A program made the translations under genes and the position numbers. Source: Callorhinchus milii (taxonomy: Eukaryota). Taken from it: a DNA stretch of 64,000 bases. The stretch lies in contig NW_024704742.1 in the NCBI RefSeq assembly GCF_018977255.1, positions 75,580,001-75,644,000 of the forward strand, in the 5' to 3' direction. Position 1 is the stretch's first letter. The number at the start of each line of letters is the position of its first letter. Positions 25,721 through 38,958 of the stretch are shown here, in pieces. Under the pieces are notes generated by a model. That model was given only the letters and a program-made list of their open reading frames with translations, made no database searches and had not been told where the DNA came from.

Positions 25721-27127
25721 GCCATGGTCTAATAAATTAGTCAAACAGGCTAATTGGCCTTTTGCTGTTCCTATTCTTACCTTTTTCTGAAACATATTTA
25801 GTAGCATTGTTGGGACAACTTTCAACCAGCCCAGGAAACTATGTACATTTTATATATAAAATATTTATCCAGTCCTGAAAGAAACAAACAAGCTTGTAAA
25901 GCAGCCAAAGTTACATACAACAATGTCTCACAGACAGTCATGAAGTGAATGTTCAATTTCTGATGACCAGAACACCAGGAGAAACTCTGTTCTCTTTTTG
26001 AATAGTCCCATGAGATATTTAATTATCCAGTTGAAAGGGTAGATGGAACCCTGGTTTAACATCTCATCCGAAGGATGGCATTTTCAACAATGCAGCACAT
26101 CTCCAGGACCCCAGCACAGCATTGGAGTGTCAGCCTAGACTAAATGAGTTTAGAATCCCAATTTGGGGCTTGAAGCCACAGAAATGTCTGACTTAGAGGC
26201 GAGACTGTTACCAACTGAGCAAGGTGGACACAAATTTGCAGTCAGTAAGAGGTTGAGTTATTGGGACACCTTCCTCAAATACCCACATTTATTATATTCA
26301 TGTGTACAATATTTTATTTAACTTTGATGCCCAAACATTGCATACATTGCCTTTGGTGATATTTCCCATGGATTTGTCTCGGCCCATATCACTAAAGATG
26401 CGGCACATAACACCAAACCATATTTTTACCCCCATTTGGTCTCAAAGTTTGTGATCATGTAGAGCTGTGGCAAATTGAGGAAAATCTCGATTTGGAAACA
26501 TTTTTTGAAAGAAATGTAGAAAAGGTGTTTCAGAATTATGACCAAATTTAAGAGATCTCCACAATTCTCTGCAATCTTAAACTTAAAGGCAAAATTGTTT
26601 TACAGGGTAACACTGGGTGGGGTTTCAGGCCTTTTGTGTGGTTTTCTTAGATTTATATCCCCTGGAGGTATGTGCCTTAACATTTAGTCTTTCTCATCCC
26701 AAGGATGTCTTTCTTTCAAATTAGCTTTTAACTTAAAACTTTAAAATTGGTTCCACCCATGCACCGCAGGAACAAACGACAAATTGGCTGAACATTAAGA
26801 GAACATTGTTAGGAGGAGTAATTGCTGGAATGTATCGTGTTTGAACAGAAACGCAATGGAATAAAAATTGCATTTTTGAACTGGTTCATTTGGTGTTCAG
26901 ACAGGCATGTAAAATAATGACAGAATATCCAACCTCTTGACTCAGAGGGAAACTGGGGAGGGGAAAGCTATTAGCTATAAGATAAGAAGGGAAAAACAGA
27001 TCCTAGCTATGCTAATTTATTTTTGGGGAACAGGCAAGTTATATTTCCAAGAAAAATGTAACTTGCCAAATTGCCAGCTTTTGTAATTCGTGCATAAGGA
27101 ACCATTGACTAAATATAGTGAATTCCT

Positions 27128-27357
27128 AAACAAAAATAGAAGTTGCTGGGAACACTCAGCAGGTCAGGCAGCATCTATGGAGAATGGAAAATGAGTCAAC
27201 GTTTCGGGTCCACGACCCTTTGTCAGAACTGAACCCATAACCCTTCATCAGTGCTTCGTCAGAAACATCTTTTCTACATTTCTTTCAAAAATGTTCCCAG
27301 CAACTTCTGTTTTATTTTCAGATTTCCAGCATCTGCAGGATTTTGCATTTTGGCTAC
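27128..27357. mobile_element. Second Penelope-type fold-back insertion, rearranged, with target-site duplication
   Basis: Same ctcagcaggtcaggcagcatctatggaga arm and gatttccagcatctgcag...ttttgcatttt end. agtgaattcct is duplicated at 27117-27127 and 27358-27368. Confidence 0.75.
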
Positions 27358-27529
27358 AGTGAATTCCTGTTTCTTTGCATTGTTTACCAGAGAAAACTAT
27401 GTAAATCAGTAAGATACACAAATAGTAGGAGACATCAATTTATAACGCTCATCATCAGAGACGACGGAACGTAAATTCAACTTTAATGAAAAATATTTAC
27501 ATATACCTAAAATATCAAGTCTGTGTTCC

Positions 27530-27884
27530 TTGATATAGAACCTTATCATGTCTTTGAGACATCTCAGAGCACTTCACAGAATATACTGTAAATTGAATTC
27601 ACTGTATATTTTGTGGGTGAAACATGGCAGCCAATTGCGCACAGCAATGTCTTACAAACTGTCGTGGATTGAGTAACTAATTTATTATTATTATTTTTCT
27701 TTAATGAATTATTACCCCTGGAAAAGCAATCCGCCAATCGACTAACAACCGGGTTCCTACTTACTACTAGGTAAACAAAGGAGTGTGGAGTAAGGAAACT
27801 TGCCCAACATTTTGCTCTGCCGGGAATCGAGCCCAGGTCTCTAGCTTGCAAAGTGAGTGATCTAACCACTGAGCTATAGGACTC
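27530..27884 (-). mobile_element. tRNA-derived SINE, long subfamily
   Basis: Homologous to 24330-24696. The head is partly duplicated at about 27912-27938. Confidence 0.88.
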
Positions 27885-28244
27885 TATAATGCTCCATAAG
27901 TAATGCTTTCAACTCTAACCACTGAGTTACAGGACTCCATAGTGCTCCATAAGTAATGCTTTCAGCAAAATATGCATTTGCTGAAAGCATTACTTCTCCC
28001 CTTTTTTTCCTCCGCTCAATAAGTCTTCCACAGCTAAGTGTCTCGTGCCTCAGCATATCCTCCTCTAAAGCTGGTTGCAAGAGGTGTACAAGTGCAGCCT
28101 ACAACAACTATCCCTTTGATATCCTTGTCCCACAAACTGGAAAATTGCATGGCGTAAAAAAAATTGCAAACATAATTGTGTTCCTACCATTCCATTTCAA
28201 TGTGTTGTTGCTCTAAACTCTGGACCTCCATTACCCCAGTCCTT

Positions 28245-28668
28245 GTCAAACTCCATTGACTCTCTGTCACAGAGTGGATCGATTTCAAGATCCTCGCTCT
28301 TGTATTTAAATCCCTTCACGCTCTGGCACCTCCTATCTCTTCAACCTGCTCTCTCCCTGTACTACTACCCACTGCCTCCGCTCGACTGACTCCAACCTCC
28401 TCTTGTTCCCCAGCACTCCACCCCACCAACGGTGGTCGTGCTATTAGCCAGTACACCCTGAAGCTGTGGAACTCTCTCCCTCAATCCCTCGACTTGTCTC
28501 CTCTCCCCATTTTCAGGTCGAAAAGGACTAGAGGACCTTCCTCTTGAACCGTGGCTACGGTCACCTTCTCCCTCCAGCTAGCTTGGTATCGGCCTCCGCC
28601 ACAGTTAAGTGCTCCAAGATACCATCTGGCGTGAAAGGCACCATATAAAGGCAAGTTGTTGTTGTTGC
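28245..28668 (+). mobile_element. L2 3' fragment
   Basis: gatttcaagatcctc...tttaaatcccttcacgctctggcacctcc...ctgtggaactctctccc, with a (ttg)n tail. Confidence 0.8.
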
Positions 28669-31600
28669 TCTAATGCACTGAGTTGGCTACCAGGTCACCG
28701 TAACATTACTAAATATTGTTTCAAAACAAAGGATATCACCTTTTGTTGGTTCTTCGTCTTCTTTTCCATCATTAATCTTGTTCAGCTGTTTGGTGACTGG
28801 ACTCTTGCATTCCCAAATGTATCTTCTACACCCGAGGGATTTTTCACTCTTCATCTCCTCCACTTTCCAGATCTCTTCCACTCCCCATTTCTCCACAGGG
28901 AATTGCTGTCAATTGTAATGACTGTATCTGTAGGCAAACACAATGGATAATTGGTACACAGGAAGTATCACAAACAACCATGAAGTTAATGATTAATTTA
29001 TATGAAGGATTGTTGGACAGGACACACACTTCTCTTTTCAAATGGTGTAGTGGAATAGTTGTCTACCTGAACTGGCTGATGGGACTTTGATGTAACATCT
29101 CAAGCAAAAGAGGGTACCTGCAGCACTGCAATGCTCCCCTCAGCAGTGGAGCATCAGCCTACACTGTGAATACCATTCAAAGAAGAAGCAAACAAAAATA
29201 TCCAAACAGTGAAGCACTGAACTAAGCCAAGAGCTTCTTAACAAAATGGCTCAAAAATATGTTTGTTGTGCAGTAATTCATCTCCCTATTCAAGAGACCA
29301 ATCCCCAACTGGTGAGACTATATATCATAAATGTTCAAAGAAAGGACATCACCCAAATGAGAAAGAAATCTCTGAAGAAAATCACATTTACCTTTGAATT
29401 ATAAATACCGAGGAAGAAAGCAGAACTTTAACAGTGAATCTGTTCTTCCACAGCCACCCAGTTGAGATCACATTGATACTGGAACAGGCATTCCTGTGCT
29501 TTCTGACTCTTAGTTAGGGAGTCAAAAGGAAACAAAGCTCTCACACTAAGGTCAAGTATGGACTGATGGTATGGAGCAGATTGGATTAAGAGATAAGGTG
29601 GAGGATCTGATAGGGTTGCAATGAATTACCTGTGGGAGACACCTTTCTGAGATGTGTGGAAATTGTCAAAGTCACACACAAGGACATCTGATGTAATGAA
29701 TACCTGAAATGCATCTCGACTCAACACGTTGATCCTTAACCGGTTGCATCTGAAAACAAATGCACTGCAATTTTTAGAAGCCTGGCTTACCAAATTTCAA
29801 AACAAGTATAAACATATGAACATTGAAATATGTACAAAACATCTGAGATATGTACAAAACAGCTGAGAAGCAGAATAGTACTTACTGTACAAATGTAGTG
29901 TGACTACAAATGTAGTCTTGCTCTGCTGGTGTACAGAGGCACACAACTACAATCTAAGTAGCGTCAAGTTTGATGGGTAAGAAATTGAGAACAACTTCTT
30001 TGTCAATATACACCTCAACAGCGAGCTCTATGTGGCTAGATTTCAGTATGGTCAAAGAAACTAATAGAGGAGACACAAAGGCTGGGTAGTGTTGTAGGAT
30101 AGTACATTGAGCTTTAATGGTATGAAAGTCATAGTATTAAAGCCAAGCTCTTATCTGAACCTCATTGTGCTGTGCCTGATAGAAAATAATTCCTCTTGCC
30201 AGCACTGACCTTGATGATCATCAATAAATATTTAAAAAAGTAGAACCACCCAGTCTTGATATTACATGTTTTTCAACCAAATGATCAAGTATGGATTAAA
30301 GAAACACTGGTACACTGGATTTGCAAAATAAGTGGAAACAGAATACTACAGGAGAAGTAGACAACTTTCCAAGGTGCTGTTAAGATCATGAACGATTATG
30401 TCTCCTGGATCTTCTTGCACATCAGTTAGGTCTGCTTCACGTATTCTTGTGAAGGTGTACCACAGTCTGGATGAGAACTTGTCTCTTTTAGAAGATATGA
30501 GAAGTGGAATACCTTACAGGAGAACGTAGCAACATTGTCGTTTGAGAGTTGATCTTTATTGCAGAGAAACAATCAATAGTTCGAAGAACAGCAAATGAAA
30601 CAAAAATTAAATATTTCTAACTTTACATGAGAAACATCTGTAGGCTAACTAGTCCAGTTCTGTCCAGGATGAATGAATAAACAGTTCTTTTGTTCCAAGC
30701 TGGTATTCCACTGCTGTAACATCAAAACACAGAGCACAACTGAAAAGGATTTGTGTAGGACAAGTCTAGTCTTACAGTCAGAGTACCTCATTTTACAGCT
30801 CATTGCTGCTCACATTTGACAGTTAAGGACCACTTAATTAGATGTATCTTCCTGACCATGTTAGCAGTGAAGTGATTAACTCCTCTTCTAACTGAGAACA
30901 AGCTATTGTATGAATTCAAATATCCAAATCATCTTTCTGAAACTGATTATTCTTAAAATGAATGAATTTGGCTGCTGCTACATGACTGATTTATAATACA
31001 GAATGGAAACAAGCTGTGAATTGGCTTCCACAGAGACGCATCCTCTGCACACAGACATATACATCCTGTATATACTGACTTATACTTTCAATACACATAG
31101 ACACATACAATTAATACATACAGATATATACATTCACAATGGAGTTTTGAAAAAATAACCAAAGCATATTTCATTTTCATACAGTAGAAAGTTATAGCAC
31201 AGATATAGGCCATTTGGCCTTAGCATGTTTGTGTAGTATTTCTGCTTGCTTCCCCCATCGAAGTCTCCAATTTGTCACACGACTTCATTTATTAAGCTTT
31301 TTGGGACGTGTTAATGGCGTGATAAGGTGTTATATCAAATGCAAGGATTATTATTATTAATTCTGTGTCCTACTGTTTGGTACCTTTTAAAGGAGCCAAG
31401 AAATGATAAAAGGATGAAATGGTACTTTTGGATGCAAGGTGTTTGAAAGCAATGAGTGGATATTTGCTTATATTGCATCCCTAATGTCATCCTCATTACA
31501 GCAAGGTAAAAGGAGAGGAAAGGAGCTCGATGAGCTCATTGAAGAATTGCACTCTTTGATCCAGTGATAGATAAAGTGGCAAGTGGCAGAGATATAAAGC

Positions 31601-31789
31601 TGGGAGAGAAAGGTTTGAAGGTTATGTGACACAGGTGCTTCCCTAATTCCCATTTTAATGAGTTTCAAATGGTATTCCATGTTGAGAAGGTCAATTATAG
31701 GTGATATAAGTTCTTTTGAAGAACCTTGTTAGGCCTTAAAGGTACAGACTTCCCCCCACCGCCACCTTGAGCTGTAATGAATATTATAA

Positions 31790-32310
31790 AGGCCATTTGA
31801 CCCATCAAGACCAAACTGGTGCTAGCTCATCCACTAGAGATAATTACTTTTATCCCAATTCTCTGCTCTTTCCTGTATCAATTTATATTCTTCAAATTGT
31901 AACCTAATTCCTTGTTAGACTTCTTATTGTTTCTGACTGATTAGACACAAATGCCAAAGCATTCCATGTGCTGATCACCCTCTGAGGGAAAAAGTTTCTC
32001 CTGACCTTTTCCTTACCTCTTTCAGTGACAATCCTGAGGTTGTGTCTTCCATTACTAGGTTTCCAAGTACTGGGGAATAATATTGAACTATTTTCTCAAA
32101 ACCTTTCAGAATTTTGAAGACTTCTGAACATTCTCAAGTGAAACTTTCCACCGGAAACAGATCAAAGTTTGTGAGCCTCATAACGATAGCCCTTATTCAT
32201 CCCTAATGTCATCCACATGGACGTATTCTGTACTCTGCCCATGATGCTGAACATCCATTTTGTAATGGGGCACCCAGAACTGAACGCAGTACAGTACTCC
32301 AATCTAACTA
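31790..32310 (-). mobile_element. Old CR1 3' fragment
   Basis: LVRLEYCTAFSSGCP remnant and a decayed 3' UTR pattern. Confidence 0.6.
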
Positions 32311-32723
32311 ATGTATCTATTATATTAATATCCATCCATCCATCTATGTATTGAATCCTGCAATTTTGAGTTAATGGCATGAGATACATTAATGTGTCAA
32401 TTCTGTCTCTCCAGAGTTCTTGAAGGTCTTCTTGCAAAGTAATAAAGTAGTGGTGTTACTGCCCAGAAGCAGTCTGCATAACCAACTGTAGTCCCAAAGA
32501 TTTACAGTTCTTAAAAAATGTTGTGGACATTAAATTGAACACTTTAACATATTGTGTGCTATAAAATTTGAATCTGCTGCGTTCTGCCTTTACAATGATT
32601 TCACAAGCTATGTCTCATACATCTCCATTTCCTGAAGAGATTTTGAGATATCAAGAATATTGCCATGCCTGGAAAAGTTGAAATATTGCACATGCCATAA
32701 AACTGTTTGAAAAAATGCAACAT

Positions 32724-32966
32724 AGTGGTTAGAGCACTTGCCTCGCAAGAGAGAGACTTGGGTTCATTCACGCCTGATAGTTATCCCTCAAGAAGAAAAA
32801 CAATAATGAATTGGTCACTTCAATCCATGACTGTTTGTGGGACACTGCTGTGCGCAATTGGCTGCTGCATTTCGCCCACAAATATTCAGTCAATTCACTT
32901 TACAGAATATTCTGAAAAGCGCTATATCAAATGCAAGGATTATTATTATATTATTATTATTATTAT
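32724..32966 (+). mobile_element. Internally deleted tRNA-derived SINE
   Basis: agtggttagagcacttgcctcgcaagagagagac head joined to a truncated body and (TTA)n tail. Confidence 0.8.
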
Positions 32967-34908
32967 TAAAATTGCATTTACAATCCCGTGGTGCAGTCAA
33001 AACGGTTGTGGCACTTGAGCTATATACAGCCTGCCCCATTAATGCACTTGGACTCTGATAAGCATCACTGAATATCTAGGCTGCACATATCCCTTGGTTG
33101 GTAAAGTTACTGACCTTGAGCGTAACCACTTAGAATGGGATTTCCACATCAGTGAAATAACCAAGCAATAGAATTTCATATAGAGCGGTGAAATTCCTCT
33201 TGTCTCAGCAACTCTGAGAATGTGGGAAAAATCATTTCAGGGCAAGAGGAATTGTTTACCCAGCTGGCAGAATATGGGTAATTCACTGAGTTCTTATTAA
33301 ATCCCTGCATATATAGAGTGCAGAAAAACGAATACTAAAACCCCACTGGCTTCACACTGGAAAGTGCTAGTGAACCTTTTTTATTTAGTCACAAATATCT
33401 GATACAATCACAACAATTGTGTCCAAATGTGACTTTGTGCCACTAACACATATAGGTTGCACGTGCTTCCTTAGCTCTTCTCAATTTTTTTAATTGAAAA
33501 CAGCATCTTGAATATGAACCACTGCTATTATCGTAAGAACTTGCCAGTTTCATTAATTCCATATTCCCTTTCAAAATGATATCTGAGCCACTTGTATCTT
33601 ATTAAATCACAGGAACCCCTGGTATCTGTGTTCTGTGAGTGCTGTTTTAAAACAGCATTGGAATTAATGCTCAAACCCTTTTGGAGCTCAGAATTTGACT
33701 TGAAGCTTAAGAGAAATCTGGTGTAAAAGAGATGCATTTGTATTTCAGCATGATAACCATCACCTATTGTCAGCGCTGTGTGTCAATGACTGAAGACGGT
33801 ATATCTGCCTTTTAAAGGCATTCTCTGCAGACTCATTTTAGTCTGACACATGCAAAAATTCATCACCATGCTTAAGAATATTCAAACCAGACAGTGTCCC
33901 ACACATGTATGCCACCTACATATGGAAATGTGCCTATGTCTAGAATGGAATGTGCGCGCTCTCCATGCAGGGACGCAAACTGCTTTCCTACGGTTTGTCC
34001 AGCTAGGACCAACCTACCCATTAGGGCTTTGGCTTGCTGGGTTAACAGGAACTGAGTGGGAAGAATTCCTTCCTCTCTATGTCCTGCCGATGAGCCAGGC
34101 TGTGCTGTCATCAGCAGTGCCCTGGAATAATGTGGACCCACCTGGCTCAGGAACCGGGATACTGAGACCAGCACAGAGACCGACTCGATTCCGACATTCC
34201 ATTGCCAAGTATTTCACCTTGGAGCCAGTTCAACTCTAATACCTCCTCCCCAAGGAGGGAATAGCAGAGAATGAACAGTCGAATGAGGCGACTACATTTG
34301 TCGGCAAAAGGCAGTTATTCCAAAGTCATCTGTGATCTGAAACCAGTTAATTCTCACTGCAGGGTATCTTGCTGCAAGAACTGGAGGAGGGAGAAATTAT
34401 ATTAATATGAAGATTTATTGAGAGATTGAAATGAAGGATCCTCAAGGCTTCACAGAGAATCATAGGCATAAGAGGAAAATGTGGAGAAATGGGGGAGTTG
34501 TTTTTGTTAGTTTATTAATTTGTGTTCCGTTGTCAGGCTGTTCTAGGTTCATGCAATATTGGAGAAAATAACCTGTTGATTACTGTGATTATTTTCCATA
34601 CACAGATTTATCACATAAATTTAGTATTCCTATTGTTCTGATCACCGCAAATCTAATTTTCCAATGACTAATATGTGCATTAATGAGGCATTATTTGACA
34701 CTGTTCCAGGAACAAGGTGATTCTGTTCATGCTGCTTATCATTAAAAAAATTGGTCACTTAAAGCTCGAGGGGCCAACTGGCCTACCCCTGCTCCTAATT
34801 TCTATGTTCCTAAGTTAATCCACGACTATTTGTGGGACATTGCTGTGCGCCACATTTTGCTCACAAAATACAGTTAATCCACTTTATAGTATATTCTGTG
34901 AAGCGCTT

Positions 34909-35232
34909 TAATAATAATAATAGTAATAATAATCCTTGCATTTGATACAGAACTTTCACGTCTTCTAGACATCTCAAAACGCTTCACGAAATATACTGTA
35001 AAGTGAATTGACTGGACATTTGTGCGCGAAACATGGTAGTCAATTGTGCACAGCAGTGTGCCACAAGCAGTCATGGATTGCAGTGACCAATTTATGATTG
35101 TTTTTTTTTCTTGAGGGTTTATCATTAGGCGTGTGGAGTAAGGAAACTTGCCCAAGGTTTCACCCTGCTGGGAATCAAACCAGGTCTCTCACTTGCGAGG
35201 TGAGTGCTCTAACCACTGAGCTACAGGACTCC
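34909..35232 (-). mobile_element. tRNA-derived SINE, abutting an opposite-strand SINE 3' fragment (about 34820-34908)
   Basis: Same head and tail motifs. Confidence 0.88.
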
Positions 35233-35749
35233 ACTTTGAAACAGCTCACGGATGTTATATCAATATATCAAATAGAAGGATTATTATTATCATATACAGT
35301 GTTTGCAAGACAGCGATCTGAATTTTGCTAACCCAGACACAAAATACAACAATTCAAGGGCAGCTAACAATTCAACACTAGCAGCCCACAGTTCTTATTG
35401 AAGCTTATTGAAGCTTAGGCATAACAACAGTGTCGCCAGACACGCAGGGAGCTATCACAATGTCAATGAAGTATGAATTAACCTTTGACACTGATATATA
35501 GCAGTTAATTTAGCTTCTTTCAATTAACTGTGGAGCAATGTATTCACAGGCAGAATCTTTTAAGGGATGACACGCAGGAGATGTGTGATTTAATTGAAAA
35601 TGACATACAAGGCGTGTGGAGTAATATCTGGTCTATCACTGCAGAAAGAGAGAACTTAAATTTTTATTGCAAGTTCTCTCTTTCTGCAGTCACTAGAGAC
35701 TTCAGAGTTAAGCGTACACTGTTAAGTGTAGTGACTTCTTCATTTAAAG

Positions 35750-36028
35750 TGTAATGGCTGTATATTTTTGGGGAAACTTGGCAGCCAATTGCGCACAGCA
35801 GTGTCCCACAAACAGTCATGGATTGAGTGTTCAATTTTTTTTAAAAGGTTCATTCGCCCCAGAGAAGCAATCCACCAATCGACTAACAACTGGGTTCCTA
35901 CTTACTGGTAGGTAAACAGAGGTGCATGAAGTAAGGAAACTCACCTAAGGTTTCACCCCGACCGGGAATCAAAACCGGGTCCTCTGATTTGCGAGGCGAG
36001 TACTCTAACCATTACACTACAAGACTCC
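35750..36028 (-). mobile_element. tRNA-derived SINE, long subfamily, 3'-incomplete
   Basis: Homologous head and central segment. Confidence 0.85.
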
Positions 36029-36264
36029 TATTGTTGGGTGCCCGTGGAACTGTTTCCCATAGAAGGAAAAGGAGTGAAATGCCTTGAGGAGAGAAGGAGG
36101 GGAGAGGAAGGAAATTGGAGGAAAAAGGACCTAAACATGACACAGTGAAGAACAGAGGAGTAACAATAAAAGACTGCTTCCAGGCACTGCCATCTAGGGG
36201 TGAATAAACATATATTCAATAATAGGAACCAATGGACACTATTCACTAATAGAATCAAATAACA

Positions 36265-36915
36265 ACATTTTGTAAAGGACCTTTCACGTCGGAAGGACGT
36301 CCCAAAGTGCTGGGCAGTCAATGATGTGCGCCGGGCTGCAGGTTGGGATCAGGAGGGTGGAGGGCAGGTAGGATAGGGGTAGGAAAGTGGCCAAAGACGA
36401 AGGTCTTGAGACAGTCCTCGAAGGAGGCAAGGGAAGGGGGCGAGGCAAAGGGTCTGTGGAATAGACACTATTCAACAACAACAACAAGATTCCATTTATA
36501 GAGCGCCTTTCATGTCGGGAGGACGTCCCAAGGCGCTGTACAGTTGGGTCAGGACCCGAGCAGGGGGGAAATGGTCAGGGTGAGGGGAGGGAAAGGAGGG
36601 AGCGAGGAGGGGGTAGAGAGTCGAGAGGGGAGCTGAAGCCACGGTCAAAGAGAAAGGTCTTGAGACCAGCCTTGAAGGAGGAAAGGGAGGAAGCGGCGAA
36701 GGCACTGGGGGATAGAGTTCCAGAGCCTCGGGGCTGAGAGGCGGAAGGCCCGGCCACCGATGGTAGGGCGGTTGGGGCGGGGGATGTGGAGCAGACCGGA
36801 GCCAGAGGAAGGGAGGGTACGGGCAGGTAGGTAGGGGGATAGTAGGTCAGAGAGGTAGGAGGGAGCAAGGCCGTGAATGGCCTTGTAGGTGAGGTTGAGG
36901 ATCTTCAATTCGATT
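36265..36915 (-). mobile_element. Two tandem L2 3' fragments
   Basis: KILNLTYKAIHGLAPSYLSDLL...GGRAFRLSAPRLWNSIP is the L2 ORF2 C-terminus. (CAA)n tails on the plus strand. Confidence 0.9.
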
Positions 36916-37159
36916 CAATTCACTAATTGGAATGAACCATGCTGAACCATGGATATGTGAAAATATAAGTGAAATACAGAATGTGTCAGGGCATAATAGA
37001 TTTTTTAGTTATCAAATTTAAGACGTACAAATTGGAAGATTAAAGGATTAAATGCCAATCTTTATAGAGCCATCTGATCTCAGCCAATATAACAGTAAGA
37101 ACACTGTCTGGACTTTAAAGACTTGTGGGCCAACTGGCGATCCGCAGGCCACATCCGGC

Positions 37160-37390
37160 CCAAGACCATTTCACAGAGGTAGGGAGGAGCAAGGCCAGGG
37201 AGGGCTTTGAAGGTGAAGACCAGGAACATGAACTGTATCCTCAGTGCAATGGGAAGCCAGTGGAGTTGGGCAAAGATGGAGGTGATGGGGTCACAGAGCC
37301 TGGTGTGGGAGAGGGTATGGGCTGCAGAGTTCTGGGTGATCTGCAGCCTGTGGAGGGAGGAGTTGTGGAGGCCGACAAGCAGGGAGTTCA
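37160..37390 (-). mobile_element. L2 ORF2 fragment
   Basis: RLQITQNSAA...ITSIFAQLHWLPIALRIQF...FKALPGLAPPYL. Confidence 0.85.
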
Positions 37391-38909
37391 TAATGTATAT
37401 ACAATTTGTCTGCATATCCCTGTTACAATAACAAGTCAGCATCTTGTTTCTGCTCATATATTTCAGTCATCTGCAGTTGCCCAGCACAGCTTGATTTGCT
37501 TGTCTCTTTCACCGTATCTAAACTATGAACATTTAGTTTCCACAAGCATCTTACTTGGATTCAAACACTGTCATGTGTTGATAATTCATTGGAAATGTTT
37601 TATAATCAACATCAATCTAAACAAAGTAGGTCACGTTAAAATGTTTTTTAGTCCAGCAACGTTCTGATCGAGTAAATTTCAGACTTCTTAATCCAGCTGT
37701 ACATCTTCCAAAATATACCTTAAAAGGAGTGCATCGCTTTTCACTTCATTTGTTTCCTGATTTGCTTCTTCATTTCTATTTCACAATCATAATTGTTGCA
37801 TGTGATATAATATCTTATCACCTCATCCAAATGTTTTAAACCATTTCATAGGATTTACTAGAAAGTGTAGTGACTGTGTATTTGTAGGTGTAGGTGTATA
37901 TCAATGTAAGTTGTTGTTGTTATAAACTCTCCTGCATCAAGGCTGCGCTGAGCAGCCTCACCGTGCTTGCTGGCCTTCACAGTAGACAGGGATATCGACT
38001 TTGACTCAGATTGTTTGATTTTGCTGTCTCCTGCTCGCAGGATTCAAACAATCACAGTGCCTGTCGGCACCAGCCTTTACTCACAGTGCAAACATGCCGG
38101 TAAATGTCAGTACCTATTGTAAGTAGGCTTAAATGGAAATTTCGGCTTGCTGGACTGGCGATCCCCTCCATTAGTCTGGCTAGCCGGGGTTTAAGTGAAC
38201 TATGCTTCTTGGAATCTGTATCTATCCTCCTTGGAGGGGGAGGTAAATGAGATCTCCTTGGATCTGAACTCAGCTGGTGATGGAATATTGGAATCAAGTA
38301 GATCCTCTGGGATGTTCTTAGTGGGTAGTTTCTGAGCCAGGCTGGTCCACAATATTGCAACGCAATCTTGATGACAGACCCACCAGGATGGCTCATCAGC
38401 AGGACTTGGAGCAGCAGACCAGTTGCTGGGGAAGCCAGCTTTTGAAGATGAATGTACCTTTTAAACTCCATTCAGATGCTAATCTCCCTTTTGCCTTCCA
38501 GTTGCAGCATCAGAATGAGAACTGTGTCCAATCAGAGTTGCATATTCGCTAATTACAAATTGTTTTGTGAATTTTCACGATTTAACAACCATTGTAACAG
38601 TAGACCACCATTTCCACTGCTATTATTTCTTAAACTACTTTCTTTTTTTATTGATGAGTGAAGTTAGGCCTGTTCACCCCCATTAACCGAATTGAACCGA
38701 ATATGTTCTACTAGGGAATGCCAGTTGTTTCCACAGACAAGCCCCAATCCCCCCCAAACTCTTCTAGACCCAAATTGTCAAAGGACAATGTTGCCAAGAG
38801 CTCAATCCTTCCTATAATCTACTTACTTATGGGTGAGATTTGTTGTATTAGCCCCTCACAAACAAACCTCAACAGTAGAACTTTTCTGGCAGGTGCTAGC
38901 GCAAGGAAT

Positions 38910-38958
38910 AACTGATGAGAACAGAAACTACATTGATCTTAGCCAAAAAGTCCAAGAA
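38910..38958 (-). pseudogene. U2 snRNA 5' fragment (about the first 55 nt), degraded
   Basis: Minus strand TTCTTGGACTTTTTGGCTAAGATCAATGTAGTTTCTGTTCTCATCAGTT aligns to U2 TTCTCGGCCTTTTGGCTAAGATCAAGTGTAGTATCTGTTCTTATCAGTT. Confidence 0.85.

Noticed and set aside
29703..29750. Alternative exon 5 candidate (ttttcag ATGCAACCGGTTAA, giving DATG-stop in phase 1)
   Set aside because: It is more than 16 kb from exon 4 and beyond a better acceptor with its own UTR and polyA signal. No other support.
33850..34400. 129 aa ORF in non-repetitive, slightly GC-richer DNA
   Set aside because: No recognisable domain or convincing splice signals. It may be an old transposon or regulatory DNA and cannot be called without a search.
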